Origin: Octopus sinensis
Taxonomy: Eukaryota
Length of the DNA: 64,000 bases
Reading direction: 5' to 3'
NCBI RefSeq assembly: GCF_006345805.1
Contig: NC_042998.1
Span: forward strand, 181,412,001-181,476,000
A program made the position numbers and the translations under genes. Below the pieces are notes generated by a model, which did not search any database, was not told where the DNA came from, and saw nothing but the letters and a program-made list of their open reading frames with translations. The stretch's first letter is position 1, and each line of letters starts with the position of its first letter. Below, in pieces: positions 37,690-50,380 of the stretch.

Positions 37690-39430
37690 GAACTTCGTTT
37701 TAAAGTTGGACATTTCTTACTTTTATCGATGCAAATGCATCAGTAATATCATTATAATTTGTTTTTAGTTTCTTCATATACACTACTGAGTTAGATTAAA
37801 GCCAAGTCTTTCTTGATGCATTAAAGTTCTCAAATATGATAACATCAGATATAAATTGCTGAAAGATCACAACCCGCGGCTGATAATTGAAATTGCAATA
37901 GTGAGCACGACCTGAATAGCAAATCACAAATTTGAAAAACATTTTCATTTACATATTGAACAATAACTTTGAAGAGTTTCTAATTTCTACAACTATAAAC
38001 GTCTTGTTAACTTTTCAGACCGTCTTACAATCCAATAATTCTGCATAAAATTCAAATCCGTCTATATCGATGTTATATAAAACTATACGAGATTGAGACA
38101 AGATACTATGTGAATGCTTTTGTTTACATTAGAATCAATCAGTAATTCTGTGTCAGCTAAGAGAAATCCAAATTCTGGAGCCAAGACATAGTGATGAGTA
38201 AATATTTCATACTTTTCATTGTAGAGACGATCAATTGTAATTTCATTATTCTCATCATTTCCCTGATTCTTTCACAAATAATTAACTCCTTCAAAAGTGA
38301 AGCGTCTTTTTATTTGACTATTCCATTCATCATATACTCCAGTTCAAATGAATAGCTGGTCAATAGTTTTTAACTGTTTAAAAGTTTATCTTGACGGATC
38401 TCGTCATAGTTCATAATTTTTAAACATGGACAATATCAATAAGAATTTTATTCTAACAGCTAAGCAAATCCAGGAAATTAGAAGTTACAATTTATTTCAT
38501 ATTTGCCTCTTTTATTAAAGAATTTAATTTTGATCATCAACCATGCTTTGAAAATATTACTAAGACATTAAATCATTCATGAACTGGCTTTGCAGTTTCG
38601 ATTTTGGAACGCCGTCGAATCTCAGATTCACGTTTGACAATTATTGGTACGGCATCTCCCAGCTTTTGCTGATTGAGAGTTGAACAGGAAAAGAATAAAG
38701 CGACTGGACTGTACTAAAAAATTTACCATAAATACATCGCGGCTACTAGCACGCACTCCAACCAAATTGAGAGAATGGTTATCGCAATTTACAAAAATAG
38801 CACTGCAATGCTTTTTCATTAAATCTCTGTTGAACATCACTTTTATAGCCAGCCACAACTGCACCATTGTCATAGTAATGGGATCGACAGTCTTCTAATG
38901 ACATTTCCTCTTTTACATGTTGTTACTTTTACCCTGTATGCAGTATCCTTTCGTTTTAATTGAATATACAAAAGAAAAAAAAACCTCGCTTGTAAAAATA
39001 GTTTTCCCCTTAGAATCAATACCAACAAAACAAATCGTTTCTACTATTTTCTCTTGATGTGCTTGATCTGAAGTATAATCAAAGATGAGGCGAAAATATT
39101 TAGCCTCATAAATGTTGTGTAGCAGTTTCTAGTAAACAGAAGCCATCATTTGAGTACATTAATTCTGCTCCAATGGAAATAAATATGCTATTCTTCCGGG
39201 TTTGTTTTCCACATTACTAGTATGTTCGTTCATAACAGGATCAAAGCTTGCCAACAATTTTAATAACCCCTAAAACATTCCGGAAAAATTGCTTTCCTCT
39301 CTTCGACTATGGATTTCCTCCTATCAACGCAAAGCTTGCTTTTTGAGTTGCTAAAAAATTTATGCAATAAAGAATTCTATGTAGAACATCCCGCCATTTT
39401 CGTTTTTCTTTGGATCTCTATGTCCTCTAT
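37690..39430 (-). pseudogene. hAT (Tip100/ZMYM1-like) transposase pseudogene
   Basis: Minus-strand fragments appear in the expected order: KFLATQK...FDPVMNEH...YLFPLEQN; IFDYTSDQAHQEK; YDNGAVVAGYKSDVQQR...IFVNCDNHSLNLVG; and the dimerisation domain VLTIAIS...SFSNL...YLRTLMHQERL. Many stops and frameshifts; TIRs not located. Confidence 0.87.
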
Positions 39431-40364
39431 TTTCTAAAACATTTCTTTGTATTTCTTTGCATTGGATTAAGCAGTATCGATGCGGCTTTTTTTTTTAATT
39501 TTATTTTGGTTTGTTTGTTGTTATTTTTTTAACTTTTTCATGGATACTAAACCTTTCCGGTGCATTCCAATGTTCGAATCCATTTTTTTTTTTAGGCTGA
39601 AATAGTATTTTGTGAGAATAGCAAACAACAAAAGCTAAAAAAGCTACTTTCTTCTCTCGAGAATAAACAAGTTATGAACACCAAACTTCTCCATATCCAA
39701 TTCCTAACATTCTTTGAAGCTATCTTTCATTCTTTTATCGGTTTTGTATGAGAAATCCTTTACTATTTCTATAATACTTCGAACCGTTGTAACTATTTCT
39801 GCTTGTAGAACGTGTTTGTTTATATTCGCGCTCGCACGTGTATGTGTGTGTGTATGGTGTGAAATATTATTACATACGAAGTAACCTACATTGCAATACT
39901 GACTTGCAGGCACTCTATGTAGGATGTGCTGCCTGTTTTAATATCTTCTACATCTTGAAAGACATTAAATTTCCCTTCCGGTGTATTGATATCTAAGTCT
40001 ACATTCAATTTTGATGCAATGAATCTCAGTGTAAGACTAAAGTGATCAAGAAACAGCTTTGTAAGCTTACTAAAAGTAATTTAATTCCTTCTTCTGGCAC
40101 TTTTTGTATTTTCAACATTCCGATCCACTCCGCTTTATTTTCACTACCGGCGATGTTCGCCATGTGATTGAATATTCTAATGAAAGTAACACACCTGCAC
40201 TCACACACCTATATATACATACATAAGAGATGCACAAACACAAATATATACACACATAACTACATATGTATACACACACACATACACACACACATATATA
40301 TATATACTTTTACACATACATACACACATACATACACGTGACAAACAGAATCTGCATCATTGAT

Positions 40365-41618
40365 CAGCTGACATGATATAACAAGATGGAAACATGTTCA
40401 TTGCTTTCAACAGTTGACTGCAAGAACAAGGTCTGTGCACGCACACTAAGTTTTAACGTTCTAGCTCACTTCCGCTGTTGAAAGGAACTTGGGTAGCATG
40501 TGAGCGTCGCATTGTCCATAACAGAGGCAGTGGAGCAGAGCGTCTGCATCAAATTTTACCAAAAGCTTGATAATACCTGCTCAGAGGCCTACGTAAAGTT
40601 GCAGAAAGTGTATGGAGAGGAGTGTATGAGTCGCACACAAATGTACGAGTGGTTCAGATGTTTCCAAGATGGCCGAAAAAATGTCGATAGTGACGAATGT
40701 TCTGGGAGACCCGCAGCCAGAACTGAGAAAAACATCGCAGGTGTGCGTACAGCTATGAGAGGAAATCGTCGAATCTCCATCATGTGAGTTATCAGAGGAT
40801 GTGCAGATTAGTTACGGTTCAGTACGGTCAGTTATCACTGAAGATGTGGACATGAGACGCGTGTCTGCCAAGTTTATGCCAAAACTGCTTTCAGCTGACC
40901 AAAAAGACACTCTTGTTTCAGTTGCACAAGATCGCCTTGATTGTGTCGAGAAAGATGAAAACGTTTTGAAAATGGTCATAACGGGTGATGAATCCTGGGT
41001 CTATGGCTGTGACCCCGAAACAAACGCTCAGTCTTCGCAGTGGAAGATCTCAGCCTTTCCGAGACCGATGAAAGCACGAATGAGTCGAAGCAATGTGAAG
41101 ACACTGTTGAATGTTTTCTTCGACTACAAGAGGGTTGTTCATCTTGAGTATACTCCACCTGGTCAGATAGTAAAAAAGGAATAACTACCGTGACGATTTG
41201 CGGTGTTTGCGGGATGCTCTCCGTCGGAAAAGCCACAACCGCATGCGTCCGGTGCATGGCAATTGCACCCATGACAACATACCTGCCCATTCAGTGCAGG
41301 TTGTGCACCGGTTTTTGGCTAGGCACAGTACTCCCCAGGTACGACAGCCACCGTATTCCCCAGATCTCCCCTCTAGTGATTTTTTCCTCTTTCCAAATAT
41401 CAAATTCCACTTGAAAGGAAGATTTCAGGATGCCGGGGAAATCAAAGTGAATGCGACGAGGCAGCTGCTGATTATCCCAGAAAACGAGTTCCAGGAATGC
41501 TTTCATCGATGGAAACAGCGCTGGGTTAAGTGTTTGGCTTCCGAAGGGGACTACTTTGAAGGAGATTAAATGCCTAATTTGTACGTGTTGTAGTTTTGTT
41601 TTTATTGATCAGACCTCG
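40365..41618 (+). mobile_element. Mariner DD34D transposon, mildly decayed, left TIR not found
   Basis: EQSVCIKF...RPAART, FMPKLL, ITGDESWVY, HDNIPAH-(34 aa)-YSPDLPSSDFFLF, ending YFEGD*. About two frameshifts and one stop. Right TIR ...attgatcagacctcg/TA. Confidence 0.92.
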
Positions 41619-41831
41619 TACGTACATACATATTGATCAGACCTCGTACGTACGTATATTCATCCATACATATATACATACATACATTCTTTTGTGAATC
41701 ACAAAACGAAAGAAAACAAACTATACAAAGAATGTGGCCTGAAATTAGATTCATCTATTAGTTCAGTTCACATTTACTTGTACGCTTGACTGGATCTTCC
41801 TCATGAAGCCAAACAAAATCTCATTACAATA

Positions 41832-42698
41832 CGAGGCAGTGGCCAAAAGTAACTGGAAACGTTCTCTTTGGGAGAACGTTTCCAGTGCCTCTAGAAGCCA
41901 CTTGATGCGACCCTCAGGCATCAGTCTGCCGACCGGCGGCTTCAATTGTAGTCGTACTGCCACATAGTGCGTCTTTGTTTTGCATTGCTTCTCCCCTGTT
42001 TGTCGATTTTTGCGATGGATGAAACGAAGGAACAGCGTGCTTCCGTGAAATTCTGTTTTCTGCTGGGGAAAACGGCGGCCAAAACAGTTGTCATAATTTA
42101 AACAGCTTTCAAGGACGCTGCCATGAGCAAAACACAAGCTTACACGTGGTTTCCATGCTTCAGGAATGGTCAGTTGTTGCTTCAAGACCAGCCTCATTCA
42201 GGACGACCATCCACCTCCTGAACGAATGAAAACATCATGAAAATTCCTGAATTGATCTTGGAGGATCGTCACCGAGCGATTGACAAATTTGTTGATATGA
42301 CTGGTGTGTCCCGGAGCTCCTACCAAAGGATTTTGAACGAGGAATTGCGAATGAAAAGAGTTGCAGCAAAATTTGTGCCTCGCTATGCTCACGGAAGATT
42401 AAAAGTAATCACTACTGAATGCGTTTCATGAACTGAAGGAACAGTTGGAAGTTGAAGGTCATCACTGGTGACGAAAGCTGGTGCTGCGGAATTTGCATAT
42501 ATGGATGAAGTGAAGAAAAAAACGACGAAGGCGTCACATCGCAAGAGTTCCAGCACTGCTTCGAATAGTGGAAATCGAGCCTGGACCGATGCATTGCTTC
42601 AAATGGAGAATACTTTGAAGGTGATAAAAGTCTAAACATATAAAGCTATGTGAATAAAATAATATTGCAAAATTCCGGTTTCTTTTGGGTACCCCTCG
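41832..42698 (+). mobile_element. Mariner deletion derivative with both TIRs
   Basis: TA/cgaggcagtggccaaaagtaactggaa versus ttccggtttcttttgggtacccctcg/TA. Encodes EQRASVKFCF...KFVPR, ITGDESW and YFEGD, but the catalytic middle is deleted. Confidence 0.9.
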
Positions 42699-43064
42699 TA
42701 ACTGTCACTTAACCCACACCCTACAAATACATGCTTTCCTACTATCATCTTCTATCTTCTTCCTACACAACTATTTCCTCGACCTACTTACAACACAGTC
42801 GTAATTTCGCATAGCTCCGCCTACTCCAAAATCACAATTTGCCGAAGATTATATAAAGCCAAAAGCACTCAAGTATAGCACTGTCTGACGAAGACGACCA
42901 AACCAAAACTTCAAAAATCTCTGTCGACTTTTTCCTTGTAAAAATATAATAACCGTATTCTCTCCCAAAAAGCATTGAGTAATCCTTCAGATTTATGTTA
43001 AATTCTTTTTATATATAACTTGACATAGAAATAAAAATCAATATATATATGAATATACTATTTA

Positions 43065-43273
43065 CTCCTTTACTTGTTTCAGTCATTTGACTGTGGCCAT
43101 GCTTGAGCACCGCTTTTAGTCGAGGAAATCGAACCCAGGACTTATTCTTTATAAGCCTAGTACTTATTCTATCGGTCTCTTTTTGCCGAACCACTAAGTT
43201 ACGGGGATGTAAACACACCAGCATCGATTGTCAAGCGATGTTGGGGGTGGGACAAACACTGACGCACAAACAT

Positions 43274-43318
<45 letters not shown>

Positions 43319-43479
43319 CGACAGGCTTCTTTCATTTTCTGTCTACGAAATCCACTCACAAGGCTTTGTTTGACCCGAGGCTATAGTAGAAGCCACTTGC
43401 CCAAGGTGCCACACAGTGGGACTGAACCCGGAACCATGTGGTTCGTAAGCAAGCTACTTACCACACAGCCACTCCTACG

Positions 43480-43482
<3 letters not shown>
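43065..43482 (-). mobile_element. SINE family A, full length
   Basis: Reverse complement of the 23813 copy. Confidence 0.92.
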
Positions 43483-43519
<37 letters not shown>

Positions 43520-43788
43520 AATAAAATAGAACATATGCATATATATAAACATATATGTACGTACCTACCTCTACATGTACATATACACGCATATATGTGT
43601 ACAGGACACCAAAAAGACGTCGAACACATAGAGAGACGAAACACATAGACACAAACCAAGGAACAAGACAAGCAAAAAAAAGAGAGAGATACAGGACAAT
43701 AAGCACAACGAAAAAACCCCTTCTTCAGTCGCTAAGATTTCATCTACTAAACGTTTCGAAGGATAAAAGCGAGACGTATACTTCGAAG

Positions 43789-43819
<31 letters not shown>

Positions 43820-43961
43820 AGTGAATTGAAGAAATGGAGCTGAACGAAGATTGAACAGAAATCGTTTTATTTCATTCTACACGTGTTTCGAAAGGCACAA
43901 TTTAATCTGCTACAAGATTATTCATCTTTCTATTTCACATAATATATATATATATATATAC

Positions 43962-44089
43962 ATGGTTCCGGGTTCAGTCCCACTGCGTGGCACCTTGGGC
44001 AAGTGTCTTCTACTATAGCCTCGAGACGACCAAAGCCTTGTGAGTGGATTTGGTAGACGGAAACTGAAAGAAGCTCGTCGCATATATAT

Positions 44090-44123
<34 letters not shown>

Positions 44124-44322
44124 CTTGTGTGTCTGTGTTTGTCCTTTCAACATCGCTTCACAACCGATGCTGGTGTGTTTGCGTCTTTGTAACTTAGAGG
44201 TTCGGCAAAAATGACTGATAGAATAAGTACTAGGCTTACAAAGAATAAGCCCTGGGGTCGATTTGCGCGACTAAAGGCGGTGCTCCAGCATAGCCACAGT
44301 CAAATGACTGAAACAAGTAAAA
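43962..44322 (+). mobile_element. SINE family A, 5'-truncated
   Basis: Starts catggttccgggttcagtcccactgcgtggc and ends gactgaaacaagtaaaa. Confidence 0.92.
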
Positions 44323-44402
44323 AAGTATATACACAGTGACACATATAAATGCACACAAGTCTACATACATACATACATATATACACCCACGCACACACAC
44401 AC

Positions 44403-44451
<49 letters not shown>

Positions 44452-45668
44452 GCGGATCGATAGTCAGTCTGGCAGATTTATATGTTGGTAGACAGACAGT
44501 ATGACAGCTCAATAAACAAATGCCGTAATGGACAGAAGAGAAAACAAAGAAACAAATAAACAACAGAGTGATCTAGAGAAAACAAGACAGGCAGGACAGG
44601 AAAACGGATTGCCATATAAGCATAAGTAGCAAATGAAATTGATAGGTAAATCAATCGACCTTACAATAAATAAAACTGTCTCTCGTGATGATACCAATCA
44701 GTAATAGTCAGCGGCCTGTAGCCTAATCGATATCTTTTACAACATTACCTTAAATTAAACTTAGTAGCATTATATAACATGGAGGGGGATAAAATAAGCC
44801 TTCCTAAGTCGTTCATTTTGGAGCTGTGTATGACATAGACTCGTGCTTTCTATATTTGGTAGATAGTTGAATGCTGTAAGGAAGATAAAGCGGTCCGGTT
44901 TCGATTCTCAGTTTTCCAGTTATTTTTACTTCATTTTATATTGATATTAAACATAATATCCATCTTGGTATTTAAATCATCTGAACCTTTCACTGGAGGA
45001 GTATCTGAGTTTCTCAATTGGTTTCGAATGCTGACCCAAATCAAATAATGTCATTTGACCTAATGATGTCTTTGGGAAAAGTATATCTTCAACTATATTA
45101 TACAATGAATCTGTTACACCATAATATATCTTGGTCAACATTACCTAACGCATCCTTTGATTTGAAAGAGATTTTGCTGCTACTTCGAAGTGATGATCAC
45201 TTCGTCTTTTTTTATATCAGAAACTACATTATACAATGTTTCCTTTTTTTAAGAAGACAGGGTGACTTTGCAGTAGATTTGACTGTTCATTTATGCAGAT
45301 AGAACGTTCATGTAATGCTTCTTTGTTGACTCTAAACTGTTAATGTCTTAAACCCTGGGAATAACATACAGATCTAACAGTCAAAGGCTTGTGATTTCTT
45401 TCTGGTTACACCGGAGCAGCTCAGTTAGATCAAAATTTCAATCTTTTGGTTGTCAGAGTTATATTTTCTCTCTGCGATTATAACCACAAAGCTATTTCAT
45501 AATGACTCTGAATACATGTTTTCCTTTTTGGAATGTACTAATTCATATGTTCTATAACTTTTACATAATTCTCTTTGTAGTTACTTATATCTTTATTGAA
45601 AAGAGGTTCTAAAGTTCACTGATTTGTATCTTGACACCAGTGATACATTTTATCACTCAAAGATTCTA

Positions 45669-45858
45669 TAGATAGCTGAATGATGTAGTAGCTAAATAGA
45701 CATATCAATAATGGACGAGAGCTAAGATTTATATGTATTTTATGTTAAGTATTTCTCTTATCATCGTGATGGTTGGACAGTATTTGAGAGACCTGACAAC
45801 ACGGGATGCGTTTAGGTTTTGCAGTGTAGAGTTGATGATCCAATTCCTCAAATCTAGC
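45669..45858 (+). repeat. Left arm of a 190-bp spaced inverted duplication (partner 47086-47275)
   Basis: tagatagctgaatgatg...caattcctcaaatctagc is the reverse complement of 47086-47275 with only a few substitutions. Confidence 0.95.
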
Positions 45859-47085
45859 ATGTGTGTGTGTGTTTCTGATATCAGATACACATTCTTTTCC
45901 TTCAATTGTCTCGACAACTTAGCTATAAATAGGTAGTATTTCTGTTCACACACACACTCTTTACAACAGAAACACTTGGACATAAAAATCCAAAGACAAT
46001 ACATAATTGCAAATGGCTGTTCACACAAACGTCTTGATTGATGTAAGTTGGTAGCGTGGTTCACTGTTGTAAGTAATTGTAATGCTTTATGACTGAAATT
46101 ATTTTTCTAGCTTGCAGTGCTGGGTTCAAACCTTCGTTATTCAAGTATATACTCACATGTAATATTATATAAATCAAAGCATTTTGCGGTGCTAGAACAT
46201 CCTTTTACACAATAGAAAATACAGATCTCATTTTCCTCTTAAAATATTCATAGGAAATCTCATAAATAACATTTTTAAAAGCACACAATCAAGCCTATCT
46301 CTATGAACAATCTATATTATGGACACAAGTCTGAACATGAAGTTATTTGTTGAACCCAGTCTTAACTCTAAGCTCTCCTCTGGCATCCTCTCACCTCACT
46401 CGCTTTCTCTTCTATTCTTTTCTCACCTGACATCTTCTTGTCTCACCTCACCTAACGACAGTAGTAGCAGCTAGGTTTATTGTTATGTTAAATTGATTGC
46501 AGTTTGTGCTAAATGTTGTTATCAAATGTCTATCCAACCACGAAATTTGCTTTAAGTGGCAATGTCTGACAGGTTTTGCATTTATATGTACATTGTGTAT
46601 AACTGTATGTACATGTACGTGACTTTTTTTTAATTAGGAAGATATTCTTGTTGTTATTTAGTTCCAGGCTGGCTCTGGACCTATGGTCAAAGGGATTCCA
46701 TTTATGACCATCCTACCTTTTTTCAGGTGGAATGCACCCTCAGACCCTCCATTGTGGAAGACGGTAAAGTGCATTTTATGACGGCAAAGTGAGGTTTGAG
46801 AGATATTTGACTGTTATTTCTATTCAGTCAGGAGACCATGTAGAGGCTCTATAACGAGAGGAAGAGTAAATGAAAGAGTAAATGAAAGAGAGAAAAGATG
46901 TTAACAGAATTGCTGTTAAACGGAAGTGAGTTAATCAATATATGAAATTTGTGTCTTTACGTATCTTTTATCAACGTCTACATAAGCGTATGTGCTTTAT
47001 ATGTACTGTGGATGTGAGAAAGAAAGAGAAATGAGAGAAAGGTGGATAATGGAAAAGGAGTGGAGAAAGTGAAGGAGAATTCGAA

Positions 47086-47275
47086 GCTAGATTTGAGGAA
47101 TTGGATCATCAACTCCACACTGCAAAACCTAAACGCATCCCGTGTTGTCAGGTCTCTCAAATACTGTCCAGCCATCACGATGATAAGAGAAGTACTTAAC
47201 ATAAAATACATATAAATCTTAGCTCTCGTCCATTATTGATATGTCCATTTAGCTACAACATCATTCAGCTATCTA
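47086..47275 (-). repeat. Right arm of a 190-bp spaced inverted duplication (partner 45669-45858)
   Basis: gctagatttgaggaattg...catcattcagctatcta. Confidence 0.95.
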
Positions 47276-47880
47276 CACTAAATAGCTTCTATTCACCCAC
47301 ACACAAACACACACACATACATACGTGCATGCATGCACATACGCACAAATAAACATACACGTACATCTATATCCATACACGCATACACATACTTAATCCT
47401 GTTCAAAAACAAGTTTGCGTATCAATCAAGCAACGCATCCGGGATTTCGCTCTCTCAAAACCTTCTCCTCACCTTAACGACAATGATACAAATAGTGCTA
47501 CTGCTACGACTACGACTACCACACTCACTACTATAGATACTAACACTACTACTACTACTACAAGCATGACTAGTATAAAACAACAGTATTAAAATATTAA
47601 ACCTCGTGTTTCCTTTAAAATTACAACGGAGAAAAAAAAAACTTGGCTATTAACTGGTCGGGTCCTTATTGTCTAAGCAACCAGCAATTCCAGATTTATG
47701 AAGGGTTTCTAGTTCAAACTTTCGGCAGGATCTGACGGACCCTTGAGAATCACAATTCATATAGCTGGGACCAAATTGTCAAAACTACACATTTGTCTAA
47801 ACATAATAGATACCAGCAGCCAGCCATCCCGCCTGGATTTAACTAAATTACTACTACTATACTACTACTACTACCACTAC

Positions 47881-47911
<31 letters not shown>

Positions 47912-48125
47912 GCTACTGCTACTACTACTTAATCTTATTCTACTGCTGCTAGTTTGGTGCTGTTAATTTTGTTACTTTACGCACGTTGTATGGAAGTGTT
48001 AATTTTCTAGAATAGCACAGTATTGAAATATATTCATCGGCTCCTGCGGACTTTTTCTTAACAGCAACAACAACAACAACAACAACAGCATCAACACAAC
48101 ATTAACAACAACATCAATAACAACA

Positions 48126-48167
<42 letters not shown>

Positions 48168-48272
48168 GTTACTTTAGTTAGCTCGTGGTAATTGTTGCGA
48201 GAGTTAACAAGATAAAAGCACAATGCCATGCTTGCTCACACGTTCTTAACATAGATCAAACACATCTATCTA

Positions 48273-48327
<55 letters not shown>

Positions 48328-48586
48328 TTTTGCGTGTGTATTTTCATGTGTGTCTATATATGAATTGCACGGACGTTTCCTTACATTGAATATATTTTTA
48401 GGAACATAGCCCTTAGCCAACAACTGCAAAAAAAAAAACCAAAAACGTAGAAGCAGAGAAGCAACAAAAGCAAAGACCATCGACATTGTTTCCATTGCCA
48501 CCACCACCACAACCACAACATCAATAACAACGACAACAACAACAACAATAACGACACCAACGATAACAGGTACAACGAAAAAGACG

Positions 48587-48775
48587 ATGATTAATGTAAC
48601 AAATTTCTCTGATTTAGTGAAAACGTTTTGCCCAGTGATTGAATATCATGTTGAGAATGAAGGCGAAGTACATGTTCCGTGGTTTTTTGCTGCCTTTATC
48701 CTTGGAATATTTTTAGGGGGCATCTTTGCTATAATTCTAGCTCAACAGTACAAAAGTAAACTGCAGTGGAAAAAG
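48587..48775 (+). CDS. Probable first coding exon of a single-pass membrane protein (possibly EVC/EVC2-like)
   Basis: 63 codons: MINVTNFSDLVKTFCPVIEYHVENEGEVHVPWFFAAFILGIFLGGIFAIILAQQYKSKLQWKK. It has two N-glycosylation sequons, a non-repeat hydrophobic helix, a basic cytosolic flank, and a phase-0 donor AAG/gtaggt. The family assignment is only a remembered resemblance. Confidence 0.6.
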
Positions 48776-48900
48776 GTAGGTTCCTTTCTACTTTTGGATA
48801 ACGCTTTAAAACTGAACAACTTGTTCTTGGAGTTATTCACATTGTACGTGTTTGCATATATGTAAATATTTAAGTATCTATATATATATATATATAAGTA

Positions 48901-50180
48901 TTGGGTCATCCCATAAATAATGCGGTTTTTTTAATACTTCTATTATTTTTCAGAATTAAGATAAACAAAGTTATTTTTAAATTTAAAATATACCCTCCTT
49001 CATTTTCTACAATGCTCTTCCATCTATCTGGTAAACTTGCAAGGTCCCTCTTCCAAAATTCACTTGTCTGTGATGAAAAATACTCCTCTAGAACTGTTCT
49101 GATCTCGTCTACAGAATTCATATTTTTTCCGTCCAAATGATTTTGAAGACTATGGAATAAATGATAATCAGAAGGGGGAATGTCTGGTGAATATGGTGAG
49201 TGAGACATCGTTTCCCATTGAAATTGTTCCAGCCTTTAGAATGTCGTCCTCGCTGTATGTGACCGAGCATTATCCTAATGGAAGAACACCTTTCGTCTTG
49301 AAACCAAAGATGGTCGTTCTTCTTCTAGCGCTTATTGAAGCCGCTCAAACTGCTCGCAGTAGATCTGCTTTGTTATTCTTTGGTTTGGGTTTAAAAGTTC
49401 AAAGTGGACTAAACCTTTAATAACCCACCAAACAGATAACAATACTTTACGTGGGTGAAGACCTTCTTGAGCCTGGGATACCGGTGTTTCTCCTTTCTCT
49501 ACTCATTGTCTTCAGTGCTTGACATTTTTATAGAGAACCCATTTCTTGTCACCAGTTACTATTTGGTCCAAAAATGGTGAGATGTGACAGCAAAGAAGAG
49601 AACACATTCACTCTCTGCGCGCGATTAGACTCAAGAAGCTTGTAAGGAACCCATTAACCCAATTTGCTGACTTTTCCAATGGCACGCAGGTGTCGATGAA
49701 TGGTTGAATGACCCAATCCAAGCTTCTCTACTATTTCCTCAATAATTATGATGGTATTTTGTTCTACCAGGGTTTGCAGAACGTCCTCATCGAACTCTGC
49801 AGATCTTTCAGGACAAGGCTCGTCTTCTAGGCTGTAGTTTCCGGCTCAGAAATATGGAACCACCGTTGACAATGATTTACGCTTATTGTCCGATCTCCAT
49901 ATACTGCATTAATATTCCTCGCAATTTCCGTTGCGTTGTTACCTCTATTGAACTCTTAGAGCAAAATATGCCGAATTTGCTTCTTTGTCACTTCCATTAT
50001 AGCTTTGAAAAAATTACTCTTAAAATCGAACTGCACTCTTAAAAACTTGTACTAAGAATACGTCCAAGGTAATATTACTACCTGTTTTTATAGCAAGTTG
50101 ATGCAAGTAGTTTATCCCGCCACCCTCCGACTTTTATTTCATAACATTGAAAAAACCGTATTATTTATGGGATAACGCAA
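48901..50180 (-). mobile_element. Full-length (1280 bp) mariner DD34D pseudogene, antisense in the presumed first intron
   Basis: TIRs ttgggtcatcccataaataatgcggttttt and aaaaaccgtattatttatgggataacgcaa, with TA TSDs at 48899-48900 and 50181-50182. ATG at 49997; WVPYKL, VTGDKKW, DNARSH and YSPDIPPSDYHLF motifs; several stops. Confidence 0.95.
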
Positions 50181-50189
50181 TACATATAA

Positions 50190-50380
50190 ACTGGCACTGC
50201 GTCGGTTACGACGACGAGGGTTCCATTTGATCCGATCAGTGGAATAGCTTGCTCGTGAAATTAACGTGCAAGTGGCTGAGCACTCCACGGACATGCATAC
50301 CCTTAACGTAGTTCTCAGTGAAATTCAGCGTGACACAGAATGTAACAAAGCCGGCCCTTTTGAATTACAGGTACATGGTC
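50190..50380 (-). mobile_element. SINE 3' portion (probably family C)
   Basis: ggcactgcgtcggttacgacgacgagggttcca...gtgcaagtggctgagcactcc...; the link to family C comes from my recall of the octopus consensus. Confidence 0.6.

Noticed and set aside
47999-48229. Hydrophobic minus-strand ORF as a membrane protein
   Set aside because: The Ile and Leu runs come from (ATT)n and (TTG)n repeats.
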